Positions 13,301-37,070 of a DNA stretch of 64,000 nt are shown here, in pieces; position 1 is the stretch's first letter, and each line of letters starts with the position of its first letter. Both the position numbers and the translations under genes were made by a program. The DNA lies in NCBI RefSeq assembly GCF_964355755.1, contig NC_092676.1, forward strand, positions 24,694,871-24,758,870. Reading direction: 5' to 3'. The notes under the pieces were generated by a model, which saw only the letters and a list, made by a program, of their open reading frames with translations, was not told the origin of the DNA and did no database searches. Source of the DNA: Antedon mediterranea. Taxonomy: Eukaryota; Animalia; Echinodermata.

Positions 13301-16300
13301 TATTACATTTAATAATTACTTTAATACAAGGCCATATACATGGCTGCAGTCACAAGTTCAAGTTAGTTTTTACCTACCGACATCGCGAGCTGTAGAGTCA
13401 CATTGCACTCAACTAATAATGTTAATAAATGCCTATACAATGGATTAATAATATAGTACATTTTAATTCAATGAGTTAAAAGTCAATTTTGAACTATGCT
13501 GCTTCTGTATACAGAGTTGATCCTGTACGTATATTGTTGACGTTGGGAGCTAGTGTTAATTTGCAGGATAAACGATTTCAACATACAGCCTTACATTGGG
13601 CATCTGCAGTCGGCAATGGAGCGGCTGTTAGTGTATTACTCAAGGCTAATGCAGACACCTATATTGAAAATACTAGAGTAAGTACAGTATCGATATTAAG
13701 AGAGGAATTGTGGCTTAGTGGATACTCGGCTACCAATACCAGAGTCCGGGGTTCAAATCCTGCCATGTTTTTTGTTGTGAAAAAAAAAACTCCACTCTCA
13801 TCAGGGAATAATTTCGCCAGTGTAGCATAGCAAAAAACTATACAAAACAACCTTTTTGCTACACATTTGTACAATTGTGTAGCAAAAAATACAATACAAA
13901 ACTATGTTTCTCGAATAAATAATCAGTTTGATTGGCAATATTGCTAAACAGAATTTCGAAATGAAATTTTTCCCTGCTCATAGACTTGCTTAAGAGAATC
14001 AGGTGTATATGTTTTGCCATTTTTAAGAATTATGGAGAGGGAATCCACTTATGGTTATTTTTAGAATTTTTCCTAAATATATAAATTAAATACACAGGCA
14101 CAGAAGATTAATTCTAAACCCTTACTATTTGATAACTATGATTAGTCAGTTTAATATCAGGGTAACATACGCGCGGGACATCTCAGAACCAAAAAGGCCC
14201 TCTTGTACTGTAGGTGTGTTTTTCTCACAAGATATCACAGAAAATTGTCTTTACACTCTGCAAACTTGGGTACAAGTTGTTACTTTTTTTCATGTGTAAA
14301 AAGGCTATTTGTTTACATGTACAAGTTGTTGTTTTTATGTCTGAAAATGGTAATTATTTAAAACATTAATTTTATATAAATCATGTATATCATATATAAT
14401 TATCATGTACAATGAATACAAATTGTCAATTTGTTTTTGTTTCTTTAGGGAGAAACCTGCCTTAAGATGGCAATATCCAAGAAGCGTGGTTACATTGTTA
14501 AATTGATTCAAGAGAGTAGGGGAGAAATTCCATTTTCAAGCAGATATTCATTCCTTCAGTCCTTACAGGCTAACAAGGTAAATGCATTATTAGGTCTTTT
14601 CACGTTGACATTCATTCTATACAATATAAGTTGATATACAAACACTAGAAACTAGTACATAATATGAAGATAAGATTATATAACATGTAAGCAGCATTTT
14701 CCTATTGAATAGCGGACTTTGAACTCATAGAAACACTTGAACAAAAGATAGATGTATTTCAAAGAAACATGATAAATATCAAATGGACGGACAAAGTAAA
14801 AAAACACACTTATATCGAGCCACAAATCAAACCCACTATAACAATTACAATGGTATGAACACATGTTAATACTCCCTATATTTGCAATGGTGCGGACACA
14901 TGTTAATAATCCCTATATTTGCAATGGTGCGGACACATGTTAATGATCCCTTTATTTTCAATGGTGCGGACACATGTTAATATTCCTATTATTTTCAATG
15001 GTGCGGACACATGTTAATACTCCCTATATTTTCAATGGTGCGGACACATGTTAAAACTCCCTATATTAACAATGGTGCAGACACATGTTAATTCCTCCTA
15101 TATTTGCAATGGTGCGGACACATCTTAATACCCACTATATTTGCAATGGTGCTGACACATGTTAATATATTTGCTTTTTTTATTTTAAAGGATATTCGTC
15201 GGAAAGTGATGATTGGATCTCCATTTGTTATAATGTTTCTTATTGGTTTCATACCACAGTTAAGTTTACACTGGTTCCCCAAACTCATCTTAGCAGCATT
15301 AACATATGCTTTATGCTATATAGTAACACGGTATGTCATTTTCTAATTTAAAATATTTCATTTATCATTTCTAAACTACTAATATTAAGACAAATTAATT
15401 TAATCAATTATTTTTAGTACAGTCAACTATCTCAATACCGGACGCCTTTGGGCTGGTAAATATGTCTGGTTTTCCGGAAAGTCTGGTATTCAGAATGTGG
15501 TTTTAATGGTAAAAAATAATCTGGGACCTTTTGGACTTTGAGAAAAGTTTGGTTTTAGGAGAGTTTCCAGTTTTCGGAGAGTTTCCAGTTTTCAGAGAGT
15601 CTGGTATTGAGAGATTTGACTGTATAATTTATTATCAGTATTGGTCAAATTTATTTCAATTACGAACATGTATTATTATTACTGTTACAATTGTCTATGC
15701 AAGAAAGACATTACTAATTATTTATATAAGAGAAATTATTTATTTTTAATTATGGATTGCAAAACTTACCAGAAATTGAAAGTTAATTCTTTTCAGTTTT
15801 TGAATAAAGTTATATATATATATATATATTGTTGAGAATAATTTCCTTTTTTTATTTTGTTTTCTTAGGTTTTTCTTCGATCCCAGACTTATGGAACTTC
15901 TCCCTTTGTATATATATCTAGCTACAAAGCTCTACATGTACAGCACTTGGTTCATTTTCTTTTGGCCATATATCCTTTTTATTATCAGTTACAAAAAATA
16001 ATGCCTATTTGAAACTCGCAGTGAAGAATAGTTTCAAACCATTTGCGTTCCAGCCTAGTCTAGCCTGTAATTAAAGTAGATTAAAGATGTATTGTCCCTC
16101 AAAAACATTAAAAAATGAAGATTAATAAAATCAGACTTAGAATAGGTTATTTTGTAGTTTTAACAAAGTTTATCACTTTCGTAGAAAAACAAATACCCCC
16201 AAAAATAATGTTTTTATTTTTTGCTTTAAATAACGTTTTTTTCAGATAAATGATTTTATTTTTGATCCAATGTTTGATGAAAATGAATAACTATTATGTG

Positions 16301-18585
16301 ACATTAAAATCAACAAAAAAGAATTATTTTTAAGGAGAACAATATATCTAACAATAACATACAGTTAGTTTGTTCGTTTCTTCAAAATGCTTTGTACTTT
16401 ACTTCACTACTTCACTGTAGTTATACACAATAATGATTCCTTAACCATTTAACACATGTTAGTGACTGGCATATACAGGTTCCATTTTTAATCAACTCAG
16501 TTTTTTTATGTTATAATTTCTGGAAATCATGGAAAAGTGATCCTGGTGTGATACAGGTCTCACAAGAACGAAAGAAAATAGTAAGAGCTTAATTTTACTT
16601 AAGAATATTTAGTATTACTTAATTAATTAATAATTCTATATTCGATAAAATATGAAGATAAACCAGAGTTGTGTTGGGCCATACCTAGACTTGCCCCAAG
16701 TCTATATTTATTGTTTTTTTATGTTAGTCCACCAGTCAACGTTTCATATGATATTTTGAGAATTATACTATACGTATGAAACGCCATATGTGCCAAAATA
16801 TTTATTAACTAATTACGGGCTAGAATCTAGTCTAGGCCATACATGAAATCAACCTGAATACTGTGGGTCCGATTAGTTACTTGCCCGAAGTAAGTTAGTT
16901 TCATTGGCCAATTGTTGCCTTGGTAATTATCTAAGCCCAAGGTAATCTAACAACAGGACACAGCTCGCCTTGCCAAGATAGGAACTTGTAACTGTCTTTT
17001 GATCTTATGTCTGGCTGCGACAAATATCAACAGTACTGTACTATGTATATGTTCTCTGCGGTGCACAGTGTCTGTTAAGAGGCGTGGCACTGATCATGTC
17101 GCAGCCATAGATAAATCCTTTGATCTCTGGAGCTCAGCATCCTGTTAGATTACCTTTGCTAAGCCTAGCCAGTTTTTAATTTGTTTTTTAATCATTTATT
17201 TCAATAATAACTATTATTGTATACTAGTATTCTGAATTTTAATTTTTTTTATTTTCCAATAGGTAATAACAGAGCTTGCAGAGTCTGGCACTTTAAATAT
17301 TGAACATTTCTGTACATCTTGTCTTATTAAACGACCAATCAGATCAAAGCATTGCTCACATTGTAATCGCTGTATTGCTAAATTTGATCACCATTGTCCT
17401 TGGATTGATAACTGTGTTGGTAAGTAAATAAATTGTATAGAAATAGTTCTACAATATTAGATGTAAAATTAGTAAGAAAAGTTACAATTACAGTAATAAT
17501 TGTATTGATTAATATTTTAAATTTACCTTGTTTCTCATAGGTTGGCGAAATCATCGATACTTTGTGTTATATTTACTATTTTTGGAATGTATGATAACAT
17601 GGTGTTTATATGGAACATTTCAATGTAAGTAACAATGCCTAAGCTTACTTACAGCCAACACAATTTTAACATAGCACCCAGCCAAAAGACCTCCGAGTAA
17701 CTGGAACGTAATGTTTAATGTTTGTCCTACTCACTCCTAGACTATATATGTACTGTATTATTTTTTTTATAAGAAATTCGACACAAAAGAAGCAATACAA
17801 AAGCATCAATATTCATAGAGAAAAAAGAGGTATATATGATGCAATAATGATAATAATAAGCAGGTTAATGATGTGTCCAGAGAGAATAATGGGCTGATAG
17901 CCCGACACAAAGGTGAATTCTCTCTAAACTACTAACCTGCGAAAAGAAAACAGAGAGTACATTCATTAAAATATATATATATAAAATGTTAAAATTTGTT
18001 TCAAAATTTTTTTTTAACTTATGTTCAACAACTGTCTTCTGTTTAATTATTTTGCAGTTTGGAATAATGAATGCCAAACCAATTTTGAAAAGGATGGCCT
18101 GTGGATATTTGCTGGCCAGTTAATGTCTTGTTCACCTTGGGTGTTTTGGATCAGTTTAAATTCCCTAGTTCACATCATGTGGGTGGGTTTGCTGCTTGTG
18201 TGCCAACTATTTCAGATCTCATACCTTGCCGTTACCACGAATGAACGCATGAATCAAAGGCGTTACAAACATTTCAAAGATAAAGATGGTAACCCAATCA
18301 ATCCTTTCAAGTAAGTACACCTCCTTCTTGACTCTATTCAGGGGTCACTTTCTAATGGAACCATAAGAGGCAATATATGTTTTAGTATTAGTAGTAAATT
18401 GTCTTGGAAAATGAAATATTTATTACTTTTTTTTCAGCCGTGGAATTGTACGAAATCTAGTAGATTTTTTTAACGTTCGCTGTTTTGGAATTTGTCGGCC
18501 AATGAAGGTGGACTGGATACTGCAGTTTTCACCAGATTTAAGCCAATCGGGCAGCTTCACAAAAGCCAATTACCAATTTGTGTGA
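1342..18585 (+). CDS. ZDHHC17: Palmitoyltransferase ZDHHC17/HIP14 (ankyrin repeats + DHHC). Exons 1342-1398, 2137-2414, 11807-12029, 12629-12693, 13515-13677, 14449-14577, 15191-15330, 15869-15969, 16456-16580, 17263-17419, 17541-17624, 18058-18310, 18438-18585
   Basis: Ankyrin motifs ([35 protein letters not shown]), [20 protein letters not shown]...[21 protein letters not shown]-terminal YQFV; splice phases join in frame. Confidence 0.95.
2071..2136 (+). repeat. Triplicated ~19-20 bp unit (CTTTTGAAATACTTTGTAT) at the exon 2 acceptor
   Basis: Direct tandem copies; only the last ends in AG. Confidence 0.85.
6454..10780 (+). mobile_element. Second, distinct Academ-like element, decayed
   Basis: AAT|TAGTCCAGTCAATCTA...TAGATTGACTGGACTA|AAT; remnants [38 protein letters not shown] (H3TH-like); ~350-bp subterminal repeats 9600-10600. 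Confidence 0.8.
8560..9472 (-). mobile_element. Rex1/Babar-like LINE RT fragment, frameshifted
   Basis: [35 protein letters not shown]...RTNR...NSFLPVAI. Confidence 0.85.
12212..12358 (-). mobile_element. tRNA-derived SINE remnant
   Basis: Reverse strand has A/B-box-like head (GAGTTTGAATCC) followed by a GGCAAGACACT...CTCTCCAC core-like segment. Confidence 0.5.
12910..13203. mobile_element. MITE with TAGAGTTCTGCGGTG TIRs, truncating a pogo-like MITE (12739-12909)
   Basis: Inverted ends seen directly; superfamily not assignable. Confidence 0.6.
13700..13805 (+). mobile_element. tRNA-derived SINE head
   Basis: A-box TGGCTTAGTGG, B-box GGTTCAAATCC, no cloverleaf. Confidence 0.55.
14849..15165. 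repeat. 37-bp minisatellite, ~8-9 units
   Basis: AATGGTGCGGACACATGTTAATACTCCCTATATTTGC repeated. Confidence 0.9.
15420..15623. mobile_element. Tc1/mariner-pogo-like MITE
   Basis: TA|CAGTCAA...TTGACTG|TA; truncated relative at 12739. Confidence 0.75.
15970..16455 (+). other. U12-type (minor spliceosome) AT-AC intron of ZDHHC17
   Basis: 5' ATATCCTTT, branch site TTCCTTAAC at 16437-16445, terminal AC; removal restores frame [15 protein letters not shown]. Confidence 0.93.
16938..17158. mobile_element. P-element-like MITE (partial relatives ~2745-2846, ~40305-40476, ~53682-53862)
   Basis: CTAAGCC|CAAGGTAATCTAACA...TGTTAGATTACCTTTG|CTAAGCC, 7-bp TSD. Confidence 0.65.
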
Positions 18586-18715
18586 TCAAAATGGATTTTG
18601 TACGTGAATTATTCTGCGACTGAAAATATTCTATCTTTTTGAACAGTATTTTCAGATGAACAATCGATGCTACAAATAACTAGATGTACTGTATACTAGA
18701 TCATTGTGGCTACTG

Positions 18716-19083
18716 ACAGAACCCCTTCTATTGAGGGGACATCCCTATGAAGGGTACACTTTTCTAATTAAAGGAATAAAGAAGGGGGAATATACAGTAT
18801 GTTTTAATATAATATATGTTTTATCAATAAGGCCAACCTCTATTTAGGGGACAGTAAGTGGCGTAACACAGAGGCCCGTGCTGTAGCAAACCTAAGTAGC
18901 CGTCCAATTTCCGTTTTTAGCCTTTTAAGCATATTTAAATGCCTGTTTTTCCCTCTGGGCACTGCTCATGGGCCCCCATAAGCTCCAGTCCCTTGGTTTA
19001 GCCAATGAGCTCTCATAAGCCGTTATGCCACTGGGGACACATTGTTAGGTGCCAAAAATGTCCCCTTTTAGGGGTTCTATTGA
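18716..19083 (-). mobile_element. Short pogo-like MITE in the ZDHHC17 3' UTR, with a nested hAT-like MITE (18856-19033; relative at 58046-58183)
   Basis: AGAACCCC...GGGGTTCTATTG ends; inner AGTGGCGTAAC...GTTATGCCACTG with degenerate 8-bp TSD. Confidence 0.6.
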
Positions 19084-19624
19084 AATGTCCATGTCGGCAT
19101 GTCATCTAGTGTTCTTCCCAGAACAATGACCTATGAACGAACGATGACTTACAGTATTCTTGAAAGCTAACCTGTAAAGGAGTATGTACATACTTATGTA
19201 TAATTGGGAAATCATAACTGAAAAATTAATTTATCATGTTTTATTGTTTGTCATTTATGTGTAAAATGCATTCTCTTTCAAAATTAAACAATCATGTTTT
19301 TATGCATTTTTATGTGTTTTATAGTTTTTTTATTGAACTTTTATATTTACTTTTTAAGTTTGATTTCAATATTTGATGGTATTTATAATATAATGTATAA
19401 ATTAATTTAACTTAAATTGAACCAATCATTGCCATTAAACATTGAAAGTGGTACTATATTGCACTTTCTAGTAGCAAAAACATGATTATTTACTGTACTT
19501 TATTTGTTTCATACCAGCAGTTAATAATAATACATATCTACTACTGTATATATAACCAAATGTAAGACAATAATCACTTCCAATGTCCAACAGTTTTGTT
19601 TATTTCCAAGTTCATTACGTCATG

Positions 19625-19630
19625 AATAAA
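19625..19630 (+). promoter_or_regulatory. Candidate ZDHHC17 poly(A) signal
   Basis: AATAAA followed by a GT-rich tract. Confidence 0.4.
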
Positions 19631-19986
19631 TCAGTAGGTTTATAATTTGTCTGTGTATTGTTTGGTTATTTAAAATCTGTAGTAAGAGCACATATATCTG
19701 GGATGTGTAATTTATAAAAACTTGTACTGCATTAATATAACATATAATAGCATATAATAAAAAAAACCCATAAAACTTTTATCAACATTTAAAATTCTGT
19801 GTGCAGCTACACCTACAAAACGAGAGAAGACAAACTGCATTCTCTTCCCTTAAGAGATATTATATATCTGTTGCTCTTCCGAAAATTTGTCATTGGAAGA
19901 AAAAATAAACAATAGCGTAAATAAAGCGAAAAATAATTAAAATCTGTAATAAAAATTAATTCTGAAATGTTCACGGTAACCGGGTC

Positions 19987-20881
19987 GCGATTTTTTTTTT
20001 CGTACATAAGTTGGGGACCCCCTCATGAAACGTCACAAAATAAACATGAATAATTCATCAGTTAAATTTTCTTGTTCCGTGTGCACCCAAGCGTATAGCA
20101 ACAAGAAGTGATTACAGTAGTTTACACAAGTGCGGTACGATTCTAGGCCTATCTCCGCTGTGGTTGCCGCGTGCGATTTTATAAAAGAATAGCGGCGTTT
20201 TGTGTGGATTGTCGAAATAATCAGCCTTTAGTTTATGGTGTGTTTAATATAATTTATTACTAAAGAATTACGTGTTAAAATTATAGTTTCTATTGATACT
20301 ATTAGGCCTAATTACTATTCTCTAAACCCATGTCTATTCTAGTAGTAGCTGTGTTGGTGTGTGTGACGTGTGTGTTAGAGTCAGCAAAATTAAACAATAA
20401 ACATTACACAAAAATACATTTTTTATTCTCGTGGGTCTAACCTTCCCATCTCATGTGTTCATATACGCGCAGTTCCTTTGATTACATGCATATTGTTTGA
20501 TAATAAAATAGCAGAATTTAAAAAATACATTACACAAATTATACACATTCTTTATTCTTGTGGGTCTAAGCTTTCTTTGGGCTATGTCCAATGAATTACT
20601 ACTTAGTGTAATGTCTTGCCTAGCTGTCGATTAGCCTCGGCTCGACACATTTTGCATAGTGGTGTGTGTGTGTGAAGAAGAGTGCGCGAAGGCAATCACG
20701 TGAATTGACTTAGAATCCTAGGCCTACTGTAAAAGTATCGTATCGCAGTTGTGTAATCACTTCTTGTTGCTATACGCTTGGGTGCACACGGAACAAGAAA
20801 ATTTAACTGATGAATTATTCATGTTTATTTTGTGACGTTTCATGAGGGGGTCCCCAACTTATGTACGAAAAAAAAAATCGC
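19987..20881. mobile_element. MULE/Mutator-like MITE, ~130-bp near-perfect TIRs
   Basis: 9-bp TSD AACCGGGTC on both sides; GCGATTTT...AAAATCGC ends. Confidence 0.85.
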
Positions 20882-20914
20882 AACCGGGTCGATAGATACC
20901 TATATCTCGTCTTT

Positions 20915-20955
20915 CTATTGGTTGATGATGACATCAACGGGTTACGAAGGGAACG
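20915..20955 (+). promoter_or_regulatory. Candidate KIF17 proximal promoter: CCAAT box (ATTGG), CRE-like TGACATCA, X-box-like GTTACGAAGGGAAC
   Basis: Motifs lie upstream of a putative non-coding exon (donor AAG|GTAAAT at 21156); RFX control of ciliary genes is established. Confidence 0.45.
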
Positions 20956-21629
20956 TACACATAGGCCTAGTACACACAACCAGTGTCCGCACAGCTGTAG
21001 AATACCATCCATTGATCTCTTTTGAAATAATTAATATTTTATAGATGACATCATTTCCTACTCTATTATTCTCGTAGATCACCACCGGGTGTGATGTTTA
21101 ATATATTTTAGATCTTTTCTTAATAGTTACAGGTTCAAACTATATCACAAAAAAAGGTAAATATAATACTAAATAGGCTTCGCTAGTTTTCTACTCTCTA
21201 GGCTAGGCTGCTTCGATATTTTGCGATCAATTTCGTCGGCCTATAATGAATAAGAGAGCGTATGAATACAGGAGTGAGCCTATGATCCGATAATTGTTTA
21301 GGCCTAGCTTGGTTGTCATATAGGCCTAGACAAAAATAGGCATACGATAGGTATATATTATATTATATTATGATACACTCTCTCTGTAGGCTACCTAGGT
21401 AGGCTAACCTGGAGTGAGCAGTATGAATGATGATGACTTGTTTTAGTTTTAATAGTGAATTCCATTCAGTTAAATTGCCTTATTAATTAACTTAATTATT
21501 ATACTATATTAATAAATATAGGACTACAGATACAGTAGGCCTAGCCTATATCCACAAAATACAAAAATGTAATTGTTACACGTTTTATTTCTTTCATTTA
21601 GAATACAGAGTAGTTTAACTTAAGCTGTG

Positions 21630-33866
<12,237 letters not shown>

Positions 33867-36335
33867 TTTTGTCCCTGTCTGAATAGTAGTTTGTGCTCAA
33901 TCAAGTACTGTAAAGGAAGATGATATCTTTATGCTGCTATAGTCAGTCCAAAAAGGCACAAATATTATCTTAAGCTCTATTTACTCTATCAAAATGTGAA
34001 GTGCCCATATATGGAGAAGATGACATCATATCTCTACCATATATGGGCACATCACACTTTTTTGATATTGTAGACAGAGCTTTAGACGAAGAAGCCATCA
34101 CAAAACCAACACAAGCAAATAATGTATCCTTTTGATGTAATTTTGTCATTGTCTACAGTTGTGTTATATTATAAATGCTGTATTTAACTGATGTGTGTAA
34201 AATGCTATTTATTACGCTCAGAATAATGTAATGTCATTACAGCCCCATTAAAGGCATTTACTAAATTTTGTCTCTGTTGAACGACATTCCAGTTACCTAA
34301 ACATTGTCCTAAAACGTATATATTATTTAACCCATCTCGCATACTATTTCAAATGTGTCATTTAAAAATTGTAAAAGTTTAATGTCTGTGCGCAAATTGT
34401 ATAAATACATTTTAATAATATATTTCACAGTGTTAAATATTGTGTGCCAATATTGATTGTATTTACCATGTGTGTGTCATATTACAGTATACCTTAAGCT
34501 CTGTCTACACTATCAAATTTATGTGACAAAAAATTTATGTGCCCATATATGGATACAATGATGTCATATCACTACTATATTTGGATACATCAAACTTGTT
34601 TGTATATAGAGCTTTAAATATACTAAGAAACGCATCAATATGTTGTTTCCCTATTCATTCATATATTAATATGTATTCAACATTAAACATTCAATTTTAA
34701 TCGTCTTAATAGCCGTACAGTCAATTTGTTAATGTAAAGATATATTTTTTTGTGAATAATAATAATATATTATAAAAAAAAGGTATATAAAATTTTTGCT
34801 ATTGTATAGATAGATAACACGTATATTTATGTGCTTGTAAACCAACGAAACAACGTTTTATGCAATGTTTTAACAAAAATATTTATTTTGCTGTGTAATA
34901 CATTACTTGATTTTGTATTCCGTCCACCTTTTCAGATATATTTTTTACAGTTTCTTTATAATATTATCTAAATATTTTACTTCTTTTTTTATAGCTTAAT
35001 TAGGCCATGTTTTGTCATCTCCATTTTCACGCAGTGAATAATATGTGAAGATGTTATTGTGCTTTTAATAGTTAAAGATGTATTGTCCCCTAAAAACATG
35101 AAAAATTAATTACATCGGACTTTGAATAGGTTATTTTGTTTATTTTAATCAAGTTAATCACTTGCGTAGAAAAAAAAAACGGAAAAGAAAGTATGTTTTC
35201 ACTAAAATGACAAAATAAATGGTTAAATTCAACAAAAAACCCATTGTTTCACAGTTTTTTCAGGTAAATAATTTTTTTTTCAATCCAAGTTTTGGTCAAA
35301 GTGGATAACTATTATTTTATATTAAAATGGCATATTTAACACAAAAATTTAAAAAAATTATTTTTCAGGGGGACAATACATCTTTAACAAATATTTTGCG
35401 CCTGCCCTTATTACTGAAGTGAACTAAGTAACTAAAGGGGCCCATTTACACAGACAAGCGGTAACGGTAACCACTCATCTGTGTAAATTGGTCTTAAAGG
35501 AGTGATTGTAATCTGTTCTCTGTTAAATTTTATTAATATTATTATTAATTTATAATATTACGCATATATGTATTGTTTAGTATAATTCCGTTTTTATTAG
35601 AATAATTTTTTTTTTTTTCTGTGGTATAAGATATTGTTGTGATGTGTGTTTAGAATACAATAAATACATACAAAATACATTTATATATGTCGATATAACA
35701 CATAATGAACGAACTGAGCAATCATTAAAATATGTATTTTCTTCGTAACTAATAACAATATTTTATTATACCATGGAGAAATAAGTTAGTTTGCGACTTA
35801 ATAAAAATATAGGCGTGTATTAAGTATTCAGTACATGATATATTTAGTAGTTAAAAAATTTATCAAAAATATATTAAATATATACGGTATTTAATGGTAT
35901 TGTACTGTAATTTAACAGATCACACACTTATCTACCATTTCTGTTACCGTACTTAAAAAAAGGTTATTTTAGCGACAAGAACTCCCAAATGAACTGTTTT
36001 ACATAAACATATCGTAGCTCTACCGCTACCTTTAGTACCGTACTTACTGTAATTCTGTTTGCTGAAAAGGTTAAACACTTTCAGTAATGGATTGTATATG
36101 ATCGTTCATAACTGTGCAATATATTGTGAATTATGTCGTCTAAAATCTGTTTTGTATGATTTTTTGTTTTATCATATATTTGTGTAATATTAATACAACC
36201 AACCACGAATGTACAATCATATGTTTTCTAATTGAGAATATTGTATTTAATCGATCTATATACTACTACTATACCCTATTGTAGTCGAGTGATAACGGGA
36301 GTGTGTACCGTGGTCTGTAAATTCCATTTTCACGA

Positions 36336-36435
36336 TTTTAGTCGCGTGCAACGCGACTCTACAGCTCACTATGTCGGTCGGTATAAACACTAACTCAAAT
36401 TTGAGCACGCGACTGCAGCCATGTATATGGCCTTG
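36336..36435 (+). mobile_element. Helentron-associated element (HINE/DINE-1-like)
   Basis: Sub-TIR AGTCGCGTG/CACGCGACT, 5' palindrome, GTCG repeats, 3' hairpin GCCATGTATATGGC, T-run flanks. Confidence 0.65.
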
Positions 36436-37070
36436 TTTTTTTTTTTATCAAACTCTATAACCTACATAACATTGTGTGGCTGGTTTATAGTCGAGAGTAC
36501 GACACCACGCAATAACATTCATATGTTGCGTATATCACCCCGGTAGTCATCTTTTGCACACTATAATTGAACTTGCTGCATAGAGATTAGATAATATCCT
36601 ATATAGCACGTGAAGATTGATCCAGGTACTGCCAGGTACTGTACGGCACTTATTAATGTTTACTGTTCTTTTATCATTGAAATACATTTGGGTTATTCTA
36701 TTATATTAGAAGGGAATATTTTATTTATAATTTAATATATTTTTAAATTATAGTCGTAATAAATGATAGGCATTATTAGATAGCACGGTTTATAACTTAC
36801 AAAAAAAAAATTGCGTTATAGTTGAACTTAATACTGTATTTATAACTGGGAGATGATAGCAATTTGGCAAAGGTTGCGGCGGACGATGATACTACATTAT
36901 TATTATTAGTTCCGTTTCTAAAACTAATATTAGGCATAGACCTACATTATAATCACTTGAACCATGGATTTTTAATCCATGTTTAAACATACACTTTATG
37001 TTTAGCCTAGTAGTCAGATTTGAAACTGCTCTCACGTTAATACAACAAACCTTGTCTTGAATTTCAGAAA

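Noticed and set aside
13700-13770. tRNA gene
   Set aside because: A and B boxes present but no acceptor stem or cloverleaf; SINE head
14849-15165. 37-bp repeats of CRISPR-like length
   Set aside because: Contiguous tandem units without unique spacers; eukaryotic intron; no cas genes
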